A stretch of DNA of 64,000 nt, taken from assembly GCF_009914755.1 (NCBI RefSeq), contig NC_060925.1. One strand, 5' to 3'. The DNA is from the human T2T-CHM13v2.0 reference genome, Homo sapiens. Made by a program: the position numbers and the translations under genes. A model generated the notes under the pieces. The model was not told the DNA's origin. It ran no database searches and saw nothing but the letters and a program-made list of their open reading frames with translations. Positions 61,641-64,000 of this stretch are shown piece after piece; positions within the stretch are counted from its first letter, which is position 1, and each line of letters opens with the position of its first letter.

Positions 61641-62034
61641 AAAAAAAAAAAAAATGCAAAGAAAATGTCCAGGATAATGGTAAATAGGCTCTAAGATGAC
61701 AATTGTACAGTAAGCCTAAAAAGCCTACAAAACTTCCTCTGCAAGGGAGGAAATAATTGATTGTTGATGTATTTCACTGTACTATAAGAGGTTTTACAGA
61801 GAGTTTTAGCACTAACACATAGAAAAGGAGCCAACTCATGCAGTGTCTTATAGACTGTTAGAAAAAATTCATTCTTTTTCTGTTTGTAATAGAAGCACTG
61901 GAGAATTTCAGACACAGGAATGAATGATTTGATTTACAATTTTCAAAGAATTCTCTGGCTGCAATGTTGAGAAGTGACTGAGACAGGAGTAGAAATAAGA
62001 TAGCCAAATTAGTAAGGATAGCAAAATTCAAGAT

Positions 62035-62349
62035 CAGAGACTGTCTAATATGGTAGCCTTTAGCCCCAGGTGGTTATTAAGCACTTGAAATGTGGCTCAT
62101 CTGAATTGAAATGTGCTTTAACTATAAAATACACACTAGATTTTGAAGTTAGCAGAAGAGAAAAGAAGTAAAATATCTCAATAATTCTTAACATTTATTA
62201 CATGTTGAAATGATAATACTTTAGATACACTGGTTTCAATGACATATATGATTAAAATTAACTTTACCTGTTTCTTTTTTTTAATGTAGCAATTATAAAA
62301 TTTTAAATTGCAAATGTGGTTCCCATTATATTTCTGTTTCACAGTGCTG
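62035..62349. mobile_element. MER33 hAT MITE inserted in L2
   Basis: CAGAGACTGTCTAATATGGTAGCC...ACAGTGCTG. 8-bp TSD ttcaagat/atctagat. Confidence 0.8.
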
Positions 62350-63249
62350 ATCTAGATGGTGACAGACTAGAATTTTTAAAAGGTGGAAGTAGTAAGAAGT
62401 ACAGATCAGGATATATTTTGGAAGTAGAGCCTATGTAACTTGTTGGCTGAATAAATGTGAGGGGTAGGAAAGGAGAGAAATCATAATAATTCCAAAAATT
62501 TTGTCCTCAGGAACTTGGTAAATGGTGGTAAAAATATACTAGGATGGGGAAGTCTAGGATGAAATCCAAATTTCTGTTTTAGAATCTTATACCTGAGCTG
62601 CCCTACTGAATATCCCAACAGACATGTCAAGTTCTGGTCTCGGCATTCACAAATAAAGGGTATATCATTCATAAGGAGTACATGCAAATGGCACCCCCAG
62701 AGTTATGTAATGTTCAGTCTGAAAAGTTATATCTGACAACGTCATGTCAAGTATTCTCTAGATAGGATATACTCAACAAATATTGTTGATTTATTAGAAC
62801 ATAATGCAGGCACATAAATTTGATTCTTGTGTAATGCTAGATTCTGCTACTAAAAACATTTGAGAAAACATAGTAATTAGGAGTTCAAATGTTTTAACCT
62901 AAAGGCCCAGGAATCAAATCCCATCACCATCACACTAAGGTGTGATGCTCAGCAAAATGTTTAACCTCTCTAACCCTTGGTTTACTCACCTCTAAAATAA
63001 AAGTAAAATCCACCTCAAATAATGAGGATTAAATAAGACTAAAAAAGATAAAGCATGTAAGGTAATTAACATTATACCTGACACACAGAAAGCCTTAATA
63101 CGTGAAAACTATTAATAAAATTGTGCGGTAAGAGATAGAGTTAAGTAACAAAACTACTTAAGATTTTTGGAGAGTTTATTCTAGTTATACTTTAATATTT
63201 TAGAATATACAGTATCTTCTATCAGAATTCTCCAAATTAAAATCTCTTA

Positions 63250-63420
<171 letters not shown>

Positions 63421-63898
63421 TTATATATTAAAAAACAATGTAAAGACAATAAAAAAGTCCACGTTAAACATGTTTTTTAAAGGACTTGGATCCTATTTTT
63501 GCAAGAAGTCTGGGAAGAATATTACAGAAACCAAATTTATATTATTATCATCTCATGCCTCTAAATCATTTCATTTTGCAAAGTCTCAAACTTAAAAATT
63601 ACCGATCCAGACATAAATGCACGTAAAATAATAAATGCTTATTAAATAAATGAATGGGAATGAAGGAAGGAAGAAGCAAAAATAGAAAAAAAAACCAGAG
63701 GGATCTGGCATAGGAACAAGCTAAGTCATTTCAAAGATTAAAAGACTTAGTTTTGACTTAGCAAACTTTAAGACATTTTTACTCTGGAATGGTTTGCTCC
63801 AATCATAATATGAATCTATTTTTTAATATTTACCATTCTATTACCATTCTAGAAAATAATTTTAAGCCATGATATTATTCATCACACTCACTTTAGTA

Positions 63899-64000
63899 TA
63901 GTAATTCCTTCCATCCCCCGCTGGGGATATATTTTAAGACCCAACCCCTAGTGGATGCCTGAAACTGCAGACAGTACCCAACCTTATAGATACTGTTTTT
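63899..64000 (+). mobile_element. MER44/Tigger7 5' end (runs off window)
   Basis: ggggatatattttaagacc...agtggatgcctgaaactgcagacagtaccc. Confidence 0.75.

Overview
Human (primate) genomic DNA from the DOCK7/ANGPTL3 locus. It is AT-rich, with no CpG island. The minus strand carries eight consecutive coding exons of DOCK7 (63413 down to 374; 1,077 nt, all GT-AG, in frame across every junction). They cover the DHR-1/C2-DOCK domain and flanks; from memory these are about exons 14-21. The complete 7-exon ANGPTL3 gene lies on the plus strand (CDS 42112-49362, 1,383 nt, 460 aa), nested antisense in the ~32-kb DOCK7 intron (31172-63250). It has a compact hepatic promoter (DR4/LXRE, HNF1, FOXA-like site, TATA). 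The rest is intronic repeat: two tandem 5'-truncated L1PA elements with TSDs, several smaller L1s, many Alus (including a near-consensus AluYa5), solo LTRs, a Tigger2 transposase remnant, MITEs, MIR and L2. I see no new gene system. The best leads are a dense same-strand TGACA motif cluster with a hairpin beside a DOCK7 exon, a very young AluYa5 that may be polymorphic in a lipid-trait locus, an L1 truncated exactly at the ORF2 ATG, template-switch scars, and splice/3'-end features. Repeat subfamily calls come from remembered consensus sequences, and MIR/L2/L1M boundaries are approximate.
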